From Guillardia theta CCMP2712 (lineage: Eukaryota; Protista; Cryptophyta): a stretch of 64,000 bases of DNA. This document shows positions 1 to 12,978 of this stretch, piece by piece. The translations under genes were made by a program, and so were the position numbers. The DNA lies in the NCBI RefSeq assembly GCF_000315625.1, contig NW_005434664.1:957363-1021362 (forward strand). Direction: 5' to 3'. Numbering within the stretch: position 1 is the first letter of the stretch; each line of letters starts with the position of its first letter. Under the pieces are notes generated by a model. That model had not been told where the DNA came from. It saw only the letters and a program-made list of their open reading frames with translations, and did not search any database.

Positions 1-98
1 TCTGCTTTGTGTGATGAGAGCGTTGAGGAACCTCCTCCATGGGCTCCTCCTCCTCCTCCTCCTCCTCCATGGGCTCTCCCTGTCTGATCGGCACTCAG

Positions 99-2272
99 GG
101 TGTTGACGATGCGCTGGCGCTGATCCTGGCTGTTGTTGCTGGGCTGCACATCGAGGGCGTCACGATCGTTCATGGGAACTCCAAGAACATGCGGCAGATG
201 GGGCAGAACGCTCACGTTTGTCTACGGGCAGCTGGTAGGCAGAGGCGAGCTCTGAGAACATTCTTAGCTCGATCATGTGAAAGTTTGGAGGAGGGAGGGA
301 GGGAGGGAGGGAGGAAGGCGGGCAAGTAGGAGAGATGAAGAGAAGATGAGGGGTTTGGAGGGCGAGGCTTGCCTTGAGGAGTATATGCAAGGAAACGGTG
401 CAGTGAAAATCAGAAGAATGCAGTGAGGGTGAGGAGAAGGAAAGAAAGAGAGGGAGGGAGGGAGAGGAAGAGAAGGAGAGGAGAGCGATGCAAAAGCTCG
501 GGAGTGGAGGGAAGGAGTGAATGGAGGGAGAGCAGACTTTGATTTCATTCTGACATTCACGTCCCCGTCACCTCGACAGGAGCGGACCCTTCAGTCCCGG
601 TCTTCCTGGGAGCGCCGCAGCCGCTGGAGTCGGTCCACTTCAAGGAAGCAACCCATGATGGGGTCGACGTGAGAGGTTTCCTCCCCGTCCTTGCGACCTG
701 ACCAGCTGCTCGCAGGTGCATGGCAGTGATGGGCTGGGAGAAACTCGCCCGGTGATAGAGGAGGAGGACGTGAAGTTTGGAGACGGACACGCGAAGGATT
801 TCATCTACGAGAGATGTAAGACTTGTAACTTCCCGTTATGCTACATCATGGACAAGGTCAATGTCGTTGTCATCGTGATGCAAACATCGTCTTACAAACT
901 TTCCCATCATTGTCATACGAACAACTTTACCATCAACATCATCATCTGCATCATCATGTTCACGGTTGTCTTGACTTCTTCTTGTCGTGTGTGGACTGCA
1001 GGCAAGCAAGCAAGCGGAGAAATCACGATCATCACGTTGGGCCCGCTGACGAACATCGCTCTCTGCCTGCGGGAACATCCGGATCTTGTCAAGCATGTCA
1101 AGAGCCTGGTGGTCATGGGAGGGTCCTGTCTGGAGAAACGAGGTGATGGGGAAGGAAAGGAGCAAGGGTTCAGAGAAAGGGGGGGAAGGCAAGGAGAGGA
1201 AAAGGAGAGGAAGGAAGAGTAGGGAAGGGGAGGAGGGAGAAGACGGAAGGGGAAGGGAGAGGAGAGGAGAGGAGGGGAGGGGAGGAGGGGAGAAGACGGA
1301 AGGGGAGGGGAGGGGAGGGGAGAGAAGTGGTCGGCACTCAAAAAGAGAAGTCGACACTGTCAGACGTGAAACTTCATTCTCGCAGGTAACCGAACGCCAT
1401 CGGCTGAGGCAAACTTTGCAGAGGATCCGATGGCGGCGCATGAGGTAGGGAGGGGGAGGAGGCTGAGCGAGGGCATGACGAGGACGGTAAAGGTGCTTGT
1501 CGCTGGATTCAGAGAGATCGTCCTCGTTCCCCTCGACGTTACCCATCAGCTCGACCTCTTGTCCCTGCGACGAAATCTCCCTGACAGGTCGTTGTGCCGA
1601 CGTCCACGTCGCACCAGCAGCAGAACTGATGGCTCCAGCAGCGACCTTGGCCGGTTCTGCCACTCCATCTCCTCCTTCTACGTGGCTGCCTATTTCCGTC
1701 TGGGACACTCTTCCGTTCCTGTTTTTGCTGCAGCAGACTGAGATGGCAAACGTGACCGGTTGTTGCTCGGCAGATTCATGACCCCGCTTGTGTTGCCTAC
1801 ATGCTTCGTCCGAGCATGTTCAAGTGAGTCACATCGGGATCGCTCTTCTTCCGCTCTCCCTTCCTTCCTCCTACTCTCCCTCCTCTCATCTATTCTTCTC
1901 TCTGTGACTATCACTGTCGCTGACCCCATTTCCCTTCCTTCCCTCCTCCCTTTCTTCCTCCTCTCCCCCTCTGTTCCTGCTGATGTGCTTGATAGAGGGC
2001 GAGACGCTCGAGTGGATGTAGAGACTGAGGGGAGATTGACCAAAGGACAGTCTGTGAGATCTTGAAAGCTTCCTGCCTGGCCGACGTTGAACCCTCCTGC
2101 AGGTCGTTGACTGGTTCGGTCAAACCGGAAGACCCGTCAACTGCAAAATCCTGCTGGAGGTCCGAGGTGTCTCATGCTGATCCAGTGGAGCTCAGAAAAG
2201 TTCAGGTGAACTCTGCCGAGTTCGAGAACCTCTTCGTCGACAGCTTGAAACAAGCTGGAGGAGCAGCTGAGA
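99..2272 (+). CDS. Inosine-uridine preferring nucleoside hydrolase (IU-NH) domain, multi-exon; 5' end probably upstream of the window; probably the N-terminal half of an IU-NH-Nudix fusion
   Basis: Spliced motifs in canonical order: GVDDALAL..VTIVHGN (99-234), VHGSDGLG (716-), ITLGPLTNIA..LVVMGGS (1002-1142), GNRTPSAEANFAEDPMAAHE (1386-1444), IVLVPLDVT (1492-), IHDP (1774-), VDVETEGRLTKGQS/VVDW, VNSAEFENLF. Exons bounded by GT-AG. Confidence 0.92.
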
Positions 2273-2893
2273 GTGAGGGAGAGGCTCCAGAGTTCTTGTT
2301 GGTGTGACACAGAGCTGCAGGGCCTGCAAAGAAGGTGAAACTCTCCAACCTCAAGGAGATCGACATGCCGCCGCCAGGTTGCTATCAGGGGGATGAGGAT
2401 GAGCCTGTGAAGATTACAAGAACGATGAATATGTTGTTTGTTATTGCTGTTGTGTGTGATTGCTGTTGATGATAACGACGATTTTGATCATAATCATGAT
2501 GCGGGTGACGTTGGTGCTAATGATAAAGAAAGTTCCGAATGTCGAAATTTTGTTTTTCTCTTCATTGACGAGGATGATACAGGAACGTGTAAAGGCCCTC
2601 GGTCGTGCTGTCATGCAACCAAGTCTGGTACAGCGGTGAGCAGTAGGACTAGGGCTGGTCAGTAGGACTAGGGTTGGTGCACAGGAAAGTTGATGAGGGA
2701 GAGGAGACGAGAAGACAGGAGAAGGGGAGAGGTCAGGCTGCTGGGAAGAGAAGGGAGAGCAGTGGAGGGGAGCAGACGAGAGGCAGGAAGGAAAGTGGAA
2801 AAGGCAAAGGGAGGGAATGAGATCAATACGAGGAGGAAAGAGAAGGGAAACAGGTGCGTTGGTAATGTTTTCTGGATTTCACCAGGTCACGAG

Positions 2894-3302
2894 GGTTGGC
2901 GTCGGTGTGCTAGTCATCAAAGAAGACCTTCCAGGAAAAGTTCTCGTGGGCAAGTAATGCTCACTCTCCTCCTCCCAGTCCTCGACGTCTCGCCCATCCA
3001 CCCTCCCCTTCTCACTCCCACCCTCCCCTTCTCCCTCCCTCCCTCATGCACTTCACTCTATCTGCGAGTAACTTTTTCTCGCCTCTCTCCAGACGCGCAG
3101 GGTCGCATGGAGCGGGGAGGTATCAACTTCCAGGGGGGCATCTTGAGATCGGAGAGGTGAGGACAAGGGAAGGAGGCCAAGGATTGTACCTGAAGGACAT
3201 GGCAGTCCTGGGAGCATTGCGCCATTCGTGAGTGCGAGGAGGAGACCGGGATAGTCTTGAAGGTTGAGAAACTATTACGATGATGATGATGATGGAGATC
3301 AC

Positions 3303-3335
<33 letters not shown>

Positions 3336-3876
3336 AATGATGATGATGAGTGGAGCTAGCTATGGGGGCGTTGTGACCTTGGTTTTATTGAGCAGAAAGC
3401 ACAATTCCTGGCTGTCACCAACGATCACATGCCAGAGGACGGTAGCGTGACACGCTGCTGCTCCTAGACAGTGACGTGTTCGCTAAAGGGAAACACTACG
3501 TCACCATCATCATGATCGGAGTATGCTCATCGGATCAGGTAGGCTACTGACATAGCACCCCCCACTACAGCCTCTCTTCCCCCCCATTCCCCCCCCTGCC
3601 CCCCCCTCTCAGCTTCCTCCGTTGACGTGCATGCAGGTTGCCAGGCTAATGGAGCCGGACAAGTGTGAAGGATGGAGTTGGGAGGACTGGAAGCAGGTGA
3701 GCAGGACTTGCTGCGCGGGGGTTGCTGTGACCAGCTCACAGATGCCGTCTCCGCTGTTCCATCCTCTGAGCAAGGTTGTGAGCTCCGGCTTCGAGCTTCC
3801 CTCGCCGGAGGAGGTGATGAAAGGAGACTTCTTCGCACGGGTAGGAGGCGTTTGGGGTCGGAGAGGATCTCTTTGA
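2894..3876 (+). CDS. Nudix hydrolase domain, NUDT15/MTH2-like (d)NTP diphosphatase, multi-exon
   Basis: Spliced translation [57 protein letters not shown] (Nudix box) -AVTNDH-KHYVTIIM-MEPDKCEGWSWEDW-PLFHPL matches the NUDT15/AtNUDT1 family pattern. Stop at 3874-3876. Confidence 0.92.
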
Positions 3877-5781
3877 CGCATCGCTCAGACTCCTCCCAGT
3901 CTCCGCATGGGATGCGGCATCGACATGTTGTCTGCAGTGTTGTGAGAGATCCAAGAACTGTCCCTTGTCATCAAATCATGAAGAAACAAATGAAAGGCGA
4001 GCATGAATGAGCAGGAAGCAGAACGACAAGGGCTGGTGATGAGGACGAGGACGAGGACGAGGACGAGGAGTTCTCAGTCGAAAGCTAGCCCTTCCCCACT
4101 CTCCTCACATGCCCTCCCACTCACCCTGTACCATCACTATTGACAGTCTAGTCGCTCCGTCCTCCTTCTGTCCTGCCGACCCCATTTTTCACCATTGCGA
4201 CTTTGTGGAGAGGTTGTAGCACTGGCACGTCACGGTTTATATCCCGATATTGAAAAGAAACTGCAAATACTCGTAAATTTAGTCAACTTGACCTATAAAC
4301 TATAGAATTACAGCCAAGTTGACAATAAAAAAAGTATTGCCAGCAGGCTGGACCCTCCAATGTGGGGGACGAGGGCGTCCAACTTCTTAAGGTTTACTCA
4401 ACTTTCGAATAAAATCCCAAGTCCTTTTGTAAGTTGCACCCCACCCCCTCCATCTCCAGCATGTCGCCTTGCCACCGGTGATTTACAGCATATCCATCGA
4501 CTTTACCACCGGTACATGTTGTACCCACCCGGATGTCGATGGTCACAAGGTCACAAGGTCACAAGGTCAGTCACAAGGTCACAAGATCATGATTGAGGTC
4601 CCAATCGTTGCAATTTCATGACCGCTGGATCCTCCGGGAGGACAGGATTCACGTACCAAAACATTTGAAGTAATACTCAGATTTCAACGTGAAAGGTTCA
4701 AATTTTAAAGGACAAAATCAGGAAACTACCGATATTTCTTCAGATTGGGAACCAGCACCCACCTTCAAAAATACAGGTCGACATTTTGTTGTAGCTGTTT
4801 TCACTGCTTCAAGTAAGATCACCCTACCTACTTCACATCCACCTACTGTACGGAAAAGTACCCGTACTTGCTCAGACGAGCGGTCTCGAGATTAACTAAA
4901 CAAACACCGCTTCATGAAATTTCTCCTATTATTAGAGTTCAATACATGCTCCCCGGATTTTTAAATTTGTTTTAATGATAATAGCGGAAACCATTTTAAG
5001 TTTACATCTGTTTTAAAAGGGGTGCTCACGGATACATTCAAGCTCTTCCGCTCTCTGTTGTCGACGCCAATCTCTCGTAATCTCCGGTGACCCCACCCAC
5101 CCACCACCCCCACCGTCCATACTACCCACCACCTGTCAAATACGCTGTCGGCGAGAAAGGACCCCTGATTCCTAGGCAAATTCCACGGCCTGAAATGGTA
5201 CCCATGGACCCCCACCCCTACGTAGTGTCCTGACTTTTAACTCAAGTTGAGAGCTCTCCACCCACCCCCACCCTCATGATCATCCCTTGCTTCTCACACC
5301 CACCCTCCTTTCCTGAATATCCGGTACTACCCACCCTTCTTGATACCTGAGTGCAATTTCACCCCACTGTGGACTTGAAAGCGTAATCTCCTGGTGAAGG
5401 TACCGGTACTCGTACACATTCAAGGGGTCATGGACTCGATCACCCGACCCCTGATTGTTAAAAACTATCATGCTTCTGACCCCCACCCCTGATGTCGTAC
5501 GCAATTGACCACCCTACCCTCCCAAGATACCCTTGGAGCACCATCCAAGCGCGCGCCGCAAGGACGATGGTGGAAAGAAGCGGGAGTAAGAAGAAGGCGA
5601 GTACGAGCATGACTGATGTTTCTAGCCTCTCCATCAGCTTCGTGTAGCTCCTCTCAAACATTGAATAGACCCTTTTCTTCAGTTTATGCACACAAGTGAA
5701 GAGTGAGGGAGATTCCTTGTTGACCAGATCTTGCAGTCGTCGGAGGAAGACTGATTGTCTTCGAGACGTTTGTGGGCTGAA

Positions 5782-8700
5782 ATGGCGCCAACTGTCTCGC
5801 GCCGTCGAGCGCCAGTGCCCATGAAGCACTTTCATGATTCCGGTTCTGAGAGCACGGATGACGACAGTCACATTCTGCCCATCCCCATCGAGAACATTCG
5901 TCCTCGTGCCAACTCCAACAAACCAGGAGCAAGCCCCAAGAGCTGTCTCCTCAGCGATGACTCGGAGATTCAAAGCGGCAGCTTCAACATGAGATTCCTG
6001 TATGACGACCTAGAGGTTGAGTTCCGAGCTCAGTACTGGAGTTACTGCTTGCCAAGGATCCGCATTGCCTGCCTGGTGAGCTTCCTGTGGACCACGCTGC
6101 GCTTCGTCCTCGGCATCATAGAGCTATCCATCTCAGAGGAAGACTACATGTGGTGCTGCGGAAAGATTGCTGTCCTGATCCCGACAGTGCCGAGGGACGA
6201 GAAATGGAAGCATGTGGTGGTTATTTTCATTGAGATGCTGTTTGGACTTTTCTGCCTCCTGTGCCTCGCCGACCAGAACTGCTCCTTTCTCAAGTATTTG
6301 CTGCGGAGGGTGTACAGGCACAGCCCTGTCATGCAGAAAGATGAGAAGTACAAGGCGATCATGGAGAAAAACTTCATGTGGTTTGTGGTGATCATGCAAG
6401 TCCAGATGGCATGCGCTCCAATGTATCCCTGGGGGCAGGTGTCTCTATGGAGCATCTCGCAAGTTGAGTGGCTCCTTGCATGCTTCGGGGTGCTGATGCA
6501 GTTCAGATTCATCCACACAGCAACTTGGATCTTGTCTTGCTTCACCATCACGGGGATGATCGCCCTATTCGGGGGATCAGACTGTGTACTGACGATGGAG
6601 AAGCTGCCGACAGCCGTTGGCATCGGGGTGGTGTCAATGATCGTTTCATGGAGGAGGGAGCAAAGCTATCGGCTGCAGTTCCTCTCTGTTTCAAGGAGTA
6701 AGTTCTACAGGAAGCATTTCGAGTCTATCCTCAAGCACATGCTGCCCTCAGCAGCCGCTGAGTTCCTGCTGGGGAGGACGTGCGAGAACGTGACTTCCAA
6801 GAAGAACCTGGAGTCGAACGAGTTCGGCAACTACCACGAAAGCACGAGCGTGCTGTTCGTGCGAGTGAACATCGAGGACTCGGGGCTGAAGGCGGAGGAG
6901 ATGGTCAAAGATCTCAACTCCTTCTTCCGCGCCATGGACTCTGAGGTCCATCGGCACAGGAACGCGTTCAAGGTGGAGACGATAGGGGCAGAGTACATGG
7001 TGGCGTCCGGTGTGCCCGACAAGTGCTCGCGGCATGCTCAGGTGCTGGCCCGCCTGTCCCTATCACTGCAGCGATGCGTAAAGGGGATGACCTGGTCATC
7101 TGGCAAGGAGGTGAGACTGAGGATGGGGATCCATAGCGGCTGCTGCTTCGCGGGGATCGCAGGCAGAGATACGCCGAGGTTCCGTCTGTTCGGGGACACG
7201 GTAAACACGGCCGCAAGGATGAAGAGCATCGCAGCTGGGGAGAAGAGCAAGGCCAACTGGGATATGCAGCTACCGGACAGAGAGGCGTACTGCAGTATCA
7301 TCCTCTCCAACGAGACAGCAGAACTGCTCAAGTTGTCGTCGTGCACCAGGGAGCTGCTGGCAGATGAAGCCTACACGTTGAGCTTCAAGCGGGAGAAGGC
7401 TGTCATGAAGAGGCTGGGGAAGGTCGAGGTGAGTGTGGCAGCAGCCTGCTGCTGTGATTGGGAGAGGTCGTGCTGACTATGCCTTGCCCTTCAGGTCAAA
7501 GGCAAAGGGGAGATGACGATATGGCAGATGTTCAGGACGTCTGCCTTCTCGCACATCGTCGACATCGACAAGTTCTCGCAGAGCTTCCACGGCTCGAAGG
7601 GCTTCATGCAGTCCAACATCATCTTCGAGTCCAACGAGGAGGCTCAGGCTGATACCAGCAACCATCGTCGTCGCAACTCCATGGACAAGAAGGAAGAATT
7701 CCTCCAGCGCCTCAACTCAGACGCCCTGCCCCGGTCCAGTTCACATGACACGGAGGGGAGCGACGACTGGGAAGAGACGTGCAGCTCGTCGGATGAAGGA
7801 TCTTCCCATGACCTCGTCGCTAAGATCCAGAAGGCTTCATGGAAGTCTCCCTTCATGCCGAGGGAGGTCAAGAGGGACAAGCACATGTATCAGGCAGTGG
7901 AGGAGCTCCCAGTTGACACTCTCTTCCAGCAAGCGCAGAAGCCTCTCAAGACGCTGTCGATGAGGTTCGTTGACGAGGAGCTGGAGGACATCTACGTCAC
8001 GCTTAGGAATCAGTCGATCCGTGGGCAGCAGCTCACAGGGTCTCTCATCACCTTCTTCTTCACTTTCACCGTCATCGCCTTCGACTGGTCGCTGGTCCGC
8101 AGCCACAAGGCGGGGGTCGTCAGCTACATCGCCTTCTTCGCCTTCCTGGTTCAGATCGTCGCTTGCTACGGACTGTTCTGGCTCCGCTGTCAGACCAAGG
8201 TCTATAGCCGATGGCAGACGTTCTTCTCCTCCCTCTCCTGCATCTCCTTCGGCGCTGTCTTCATCGTCGCTATGCACTTCGTCCCCGACATGGAGCTGAT
8301 CCGAGACAGTCAGACCTGGTTCCTGATGATGTGGGACCCTCGCATTTTCCTGCTGACCTGCCTCAATGTGAGTCTCCATCCTCCTTCCTCCCTACCAACA
8401 TGATCCATAGCCGACGCCTCCTCTTGCTCTTCTTGCCCTCCTCGTCCCCCTCACACTTCCTCCGCAGGTTCAGGGCCTCTGGATGCTCCCTGCCTTTCCG
8501 GTGGGCACCGTCCTCGTCCTCTGCTTCACCGCCGACTTCTTCACAAGCATCTCCGTGCATACGTCAGGAGGCTTCGAGACGTGCGGCTCAGGGTCCGTCG
8601 ACCTGCTCAAGGTCCCTTACGCCTACGTCCTCCTCCCCGCCCTCTTCGCCATCTACAACCTGTGGCAGACTGAGATGAATGAGAGGCTTCAGCTCGGCTG

Positions 8701-10059
8701 GCTGATCCAGGCGAAGGCGCTGCAGAAGAGGGTGGAGATGGCGGCGCAGACGCTGATCCCCGCGCACGTGCTCAAGGCGCAGACCATGGCGATTATCGAG
8801 TCGGCGGGGAGCTGGGGAATGGATATGGACGACCTGCATATCCTGCCGAGCTTCTTCTTCTCGGAGAGCCTGCCGTCGGTATGCCAGCTCATGGCGGACG
8901 TGGAGGGTTTCACTGCGCTGTCGTCGGGGCTGGAGGCGAAGAAGCTGTTCGAGGCCGTGAACGAGCTTTTCACTGAGTTTGACACGCTCTGCCGACTGTG
9001 GAGGATAACCAAGATCGAGACCATTGGAGATGGTAAAACTCCGCTCTCCCTCCCTCCTTCCTCCCCTCCCTTCTCCCGTGTCTTGCTAACTGCTGTCTAC
9101 GTCCTCCCATCTCGATACCCCTCGTCCTCCCTCACCGATCAATACTCCTCGCCCTCCTACTCTCCCTCCCTCTCACCTTGTCTGGCCTGACTTTGATTGC
9201 AGCCTACTGGTGTGCCGTCGGTCTCGATCATCCTGCTGACCGCGAGGACGCGCTTCGGCTGATGCAAGTCGCGCTGATCATGCAGCAGCGGTTGAGGTCA
9301 AGAGGCTTGCGAACCCTCTCTGGGCAACGTCTCAAGATGCGGATTGGCTTACACTGGGGGCCTGTGGTTGGAGGGGTAAGTCTCCCCTCCCCTCCCCTTT
9401 CCTCCCCTCCCCTTATCCCCTGCCCTTCTCCTCCTCCCTGCTCTCTCACTCTTCTCTCCTCCCTCTCCCTCCCCTCTCCTCTTCACCCTCCTCCTTTCTC
9501 CTTCGTTTCTGTCTCCTCCCTCCATCTCCTCCGCTGTCTCCTCACCAAGTGCCAGGTGGTGGGCTGGAAAATGCCGCGCTATCATCTCTTCGGAAGGAAC
9601 GTGGACCTGGTCATGGCAATGGAGCAACTCGGTACGAGCGAGGGAGCCGTCGCCTCCTCCTCTTTCATGGAGCTCACTGGCGTTCCCTGCGGACACGAGT
9701 TCTCAGCCGAGTACTTCCGGCAGATGTGGGGGAAGAGCGGGTTTGTGCGAGACTTCGGGGCTATCGACGAGAAGAAGGAGGAGGAGAGGAGGAAGGAGGG
9801 AGAGAGGATTAAGGAGGGGCTGATGAAGGAGGACGAGGAGGTGTGGGGGGCAGCGCAGGAAGGGAACATGGGAATGCAGTCGAACGTGAGCACGACAGTG
9901 GAGTGCTCGGAGCAGATCCTGAGGGATTGTGGGGAGGCGATGAATTTCACAGTAAGGGAGTATGAGATGAAGGACAAGCACAAGATAGAAGTGCTGGAAC
10001 ATCTCTTCCAGAACTTTGACGAGGAAGTAGAGGAGTTCTCGATCAAGACCGTCTTGTAA
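5782..10059 (+). CDS. Membrane class III nucleotidyl cyclase, 6TM-C1-6TM-C2 architecture, probably a guanylyl cyclase
   Basis: Exons 5782-7428, 7495-8367, 8468-9032, 9203-9375 and 9556-10059 join in frame. C1: KVETIGAEYMVASG, RMGIHSG, PRFRLFGDTVNTAARM, VKGKGEM. C2: MADVEGFT, KIETIGDAYW, MRIGLHWGPVVGGVVGWKMPRYHLFG. Two clusters of about six hydrophobic helices. Start codon uncertain. Confidence 0.92.
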
Positions 10060-10535
10060 GTTGCATGTTTTTGTGATATGTGGATGGACAGTGTTGTTGT
10101 TTTTGTCATTGGTGGTGGTCGTGGTGATGATGATGACGATGGTTGTGAACATGATGAGACAGGCTGACGTTGATCCCGCAGGCCTCTTTATCTTGTCACT
10201 CCATCTCAAAGATGACAAGTCTCTTCACAACTGTTTTATTCTTTCTTGTGACCTCCCGCACGTCTCTCGTGCTCTCCATGTTGTATAATAATTTCTTGAA
10301 TGCTTTTGTCGTGTAGAAACTGCCAAGTTTGTCAATAAAAAGTGGCTAAGAGTCTAGCGGAAGTGTAGCGCAAGAACGTGGATGCAGAGGATATGACAAG
10401 GAAACCAAGAGGAAGAAGAAAGATGAGAAGTTCTTCCGCCTTCATTGTTCGTCTTTCTTACAAATCGTCAACATCACACGCTCTGCATCCAAGTCGTTCC
10501 CGTCCTCCTCACGACGCATCGTCACTCGTCGCCTC

Positions 10536-12978
10536 TCACGCCTTGTTGACCGGAAGACCATCCGAGGACCTACTGATGATCAGAAGGAGAAGGGGACTGC
10601 GAGCGTGACAAGGGCAACGAGGGAGTTGGGGGGAGGAGACGAGGAGACGAAGAGACGAGGGAGGGTGGGAGGGGACGAGGAGACGAAGGAGACGAGGGAG
10701 GTGGGAGGAGACGAGGAGACGGAAGAGACGAAGAGACGAGGGAGGGAGGGAGGAGGACGAGGAGACGAAGAGACGANNNNNNNNNNNNNNNNNNNNNNNN
10801 NNNNNNNNNNNNNNNNNNNNNNNNNNNNNNNNNNNNNNNNNNNNNNNNNNNNNNNNNNNNNNNNNNNNNNNNNNNNAGGGAGGGAGGGAGGGAGGAGACG
10901 AGGAGACGAGGAGACGAGGGAGGGAGGGAGGAGACGAGGAGACGGGGAGACGAGGGAGGGAGCAAGACGAAGAGAGGGGAGAGGGGGAGGGAGGATTAGG
11001 GTACAGCGGGACTCCAGGAGGGGAGGGGAGGAGCGAGGGCGAGAGCGAGAGGAGGAAGGAAAGGGAGAAGAGGGAAAGAGGGGAACAAAGGAGGGTAGAG
11101 GGAGGGGAGAGGAGAAGGAGGAGGAGGAGGAGGAGAAGGAAAGATTCTTACCACCCGGAGAATCCCTTGTTGCTTTCAACGATGTTGGTGTACCTGAGCC
11201 TTCAAGTCACATGACAAGGCTCCTCCTTGCTCTACTTACCCGGCCTCCGACAGCCATTTGCATGCCATGGCAGACCTGTTGCCAGCCTGGCATCCGATCT
11301 GACAGGAAACTTCAGGAAGGGACGAGGATGATACAAGAAGGAGGAGGGGGGAGGCGAAGGGTGAGGGTGCAGGTGGAGATGGGAGTCGAAGGTGGTAGGG
11401 GTGGATCGAAGGACAGACAAGGAGAGGGAGGAGCAGGAGAGAGACGGTACCACAGAGAAAAGAGGAGGATGAGGAAGAGGTCAGAACGAAAGGAAAGGAG
11501 GCATTTGCAGCAGGAGGAATGAGCGTATAAACTAACCACAAGCTTCTCATCCTTGTTGGGGAAGTTGGTCTGAATGAGCTTGAGGAACGTGCTGGACATC
11601 GGCATGGGGCCTTGAGGAATGTCAAACAGCACGAGGGGATCCGATAAGGAGTAAGGACGGATAGCAGAGGAGCAAGAGGAGCAAGACATAGAGGCCGTGG
11701 GAGCCAGGGAAGGGGGGTTGACGAGGTGAGAGGGAGAGCAAGGAGAGAACAGAGACCAAAGAGAGTCAGCAGAGAAAGAGGAGGAGAGGTCAAGAGGAGG
11801 GAGGGAGGGAGGGAGGGTTGGGAAGGAGGGAGGGGGTTCAGCGGCAAGACCGTCGCCAGTGATGGCGAAGGCTGGGATGTTGATGGCGTCCGTCGGGTGA
11901 CCCCTCGCAAACTCCTCGTTGGTCCTGCTCGCGCGCACACACCATCACACTCTGGGGGAGAGTGCCAACCTCCTGCTCCTGCTCCTGCTCCTCCTGCTCC
12001 TCCTGCTCCTCCTGCTCCTCCTGCTCCTCCTCCTCCTCCTCCCTCACCTCACGTCCACGTATGTGAAGCCCTCGCTGTCGCAGAGCTTCTTCGCCTCTGC
12101 AGGAGTCTTTTCCCCCGTCAACTAGCAGCTGCTATCGCCGACCCTCTCCCTCACCTTCTTGGGCACTTCCGACATGGACAGAGACCTGGGACGAGCTCGT
12201 CACGCGTACAGCAGGCAGGCGCAGCAACAAACACATGAGGCGGGGAAGCATCCTGGCAGGCCGAGAGGAAGGAAGCTGCGAGCAGGTCACGAGGAGGAGG
12301 CCCGTGCTGTCTTGCTAACCTTGCTGGTGCATGTCTGAGGAGCGAGCGCCCTACCAGCATCGTCGTCATCGTCTCTCACAGCCCTTGCAGTGTAGATGCA
12401 CAGACCTTCTCAACGTGGGGCACGGGCTCAAGGAAAAGGCACTGGTGTATGCAATGAGCACTGAACGACATGAAATGTTAGTCAAGCCCCCGCATACGAC
12501 CCGAGGTTTCAGGTCTCTTCTTGCATCTCCATGCTATCAGCTGAACTTGTATACCCTATCTGCCCCTCTGCCTCTGCTTTGTTCGCTATATGACTCTGTA
12601 TACACTCCGAAAACACGGATCCATGTGTTAACATCGGTTCGCGTTTAGTTTTCCTCCTTTACAACCCTCTGCTCCTGTGCCTTCATGTTTTTTTCTCATT
12701 TTCATTCCAAAGACATATTTCATTTTGCGATGCTGTGTTTGTTTCTCTCCTTCTCTCCCTTTCATGTCAGTGCGCACAACTCCAATCCTCAGGCGATTCC
12801 CAAAATCCTCCTGTTCGTCCCTTCTCGTCCATCTTGGTCTTCTTCTCTTCAGCGCCGTCTTCTTCCCCTCTATGCAAATATTCTATCCTCTTCATCCTCT
12901 CTATCCTCCTCCTCCTCTCCTCCTCCTCCTCCTCGCACCTGCGGCCATGGCCGTGCGCATCGCAGAGGCCATGAACAT
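10536..12978 (-). CDS. Single-domain rhodanese/sulfurtransferase with a bipartite plastid-targeting presequence
   Basis: Spliced: MFMASAMRTAMAA-VLIAYTSAFSLSP (signal + SAF) ... TPAEAKKLCDSEGFTYVD-RTNEEFARGHPTDAINIP ... FPNKDEKLVV-GCQAGNRSAMACKWLSEAG-YTNIVESNKGFSGW-SSDGLPVNKA*. The DVR..EF..GH...AINIP, CxxGxRS and GW...GLP motifs are rhodanese hallmarks. Confidence 0.9.

Noticed and set aside
836-1708. 290-aa minus-strand ORF
   Set aside because: Antisense shadow of nucleoside hydrolase exons plus a purine-rich intron.
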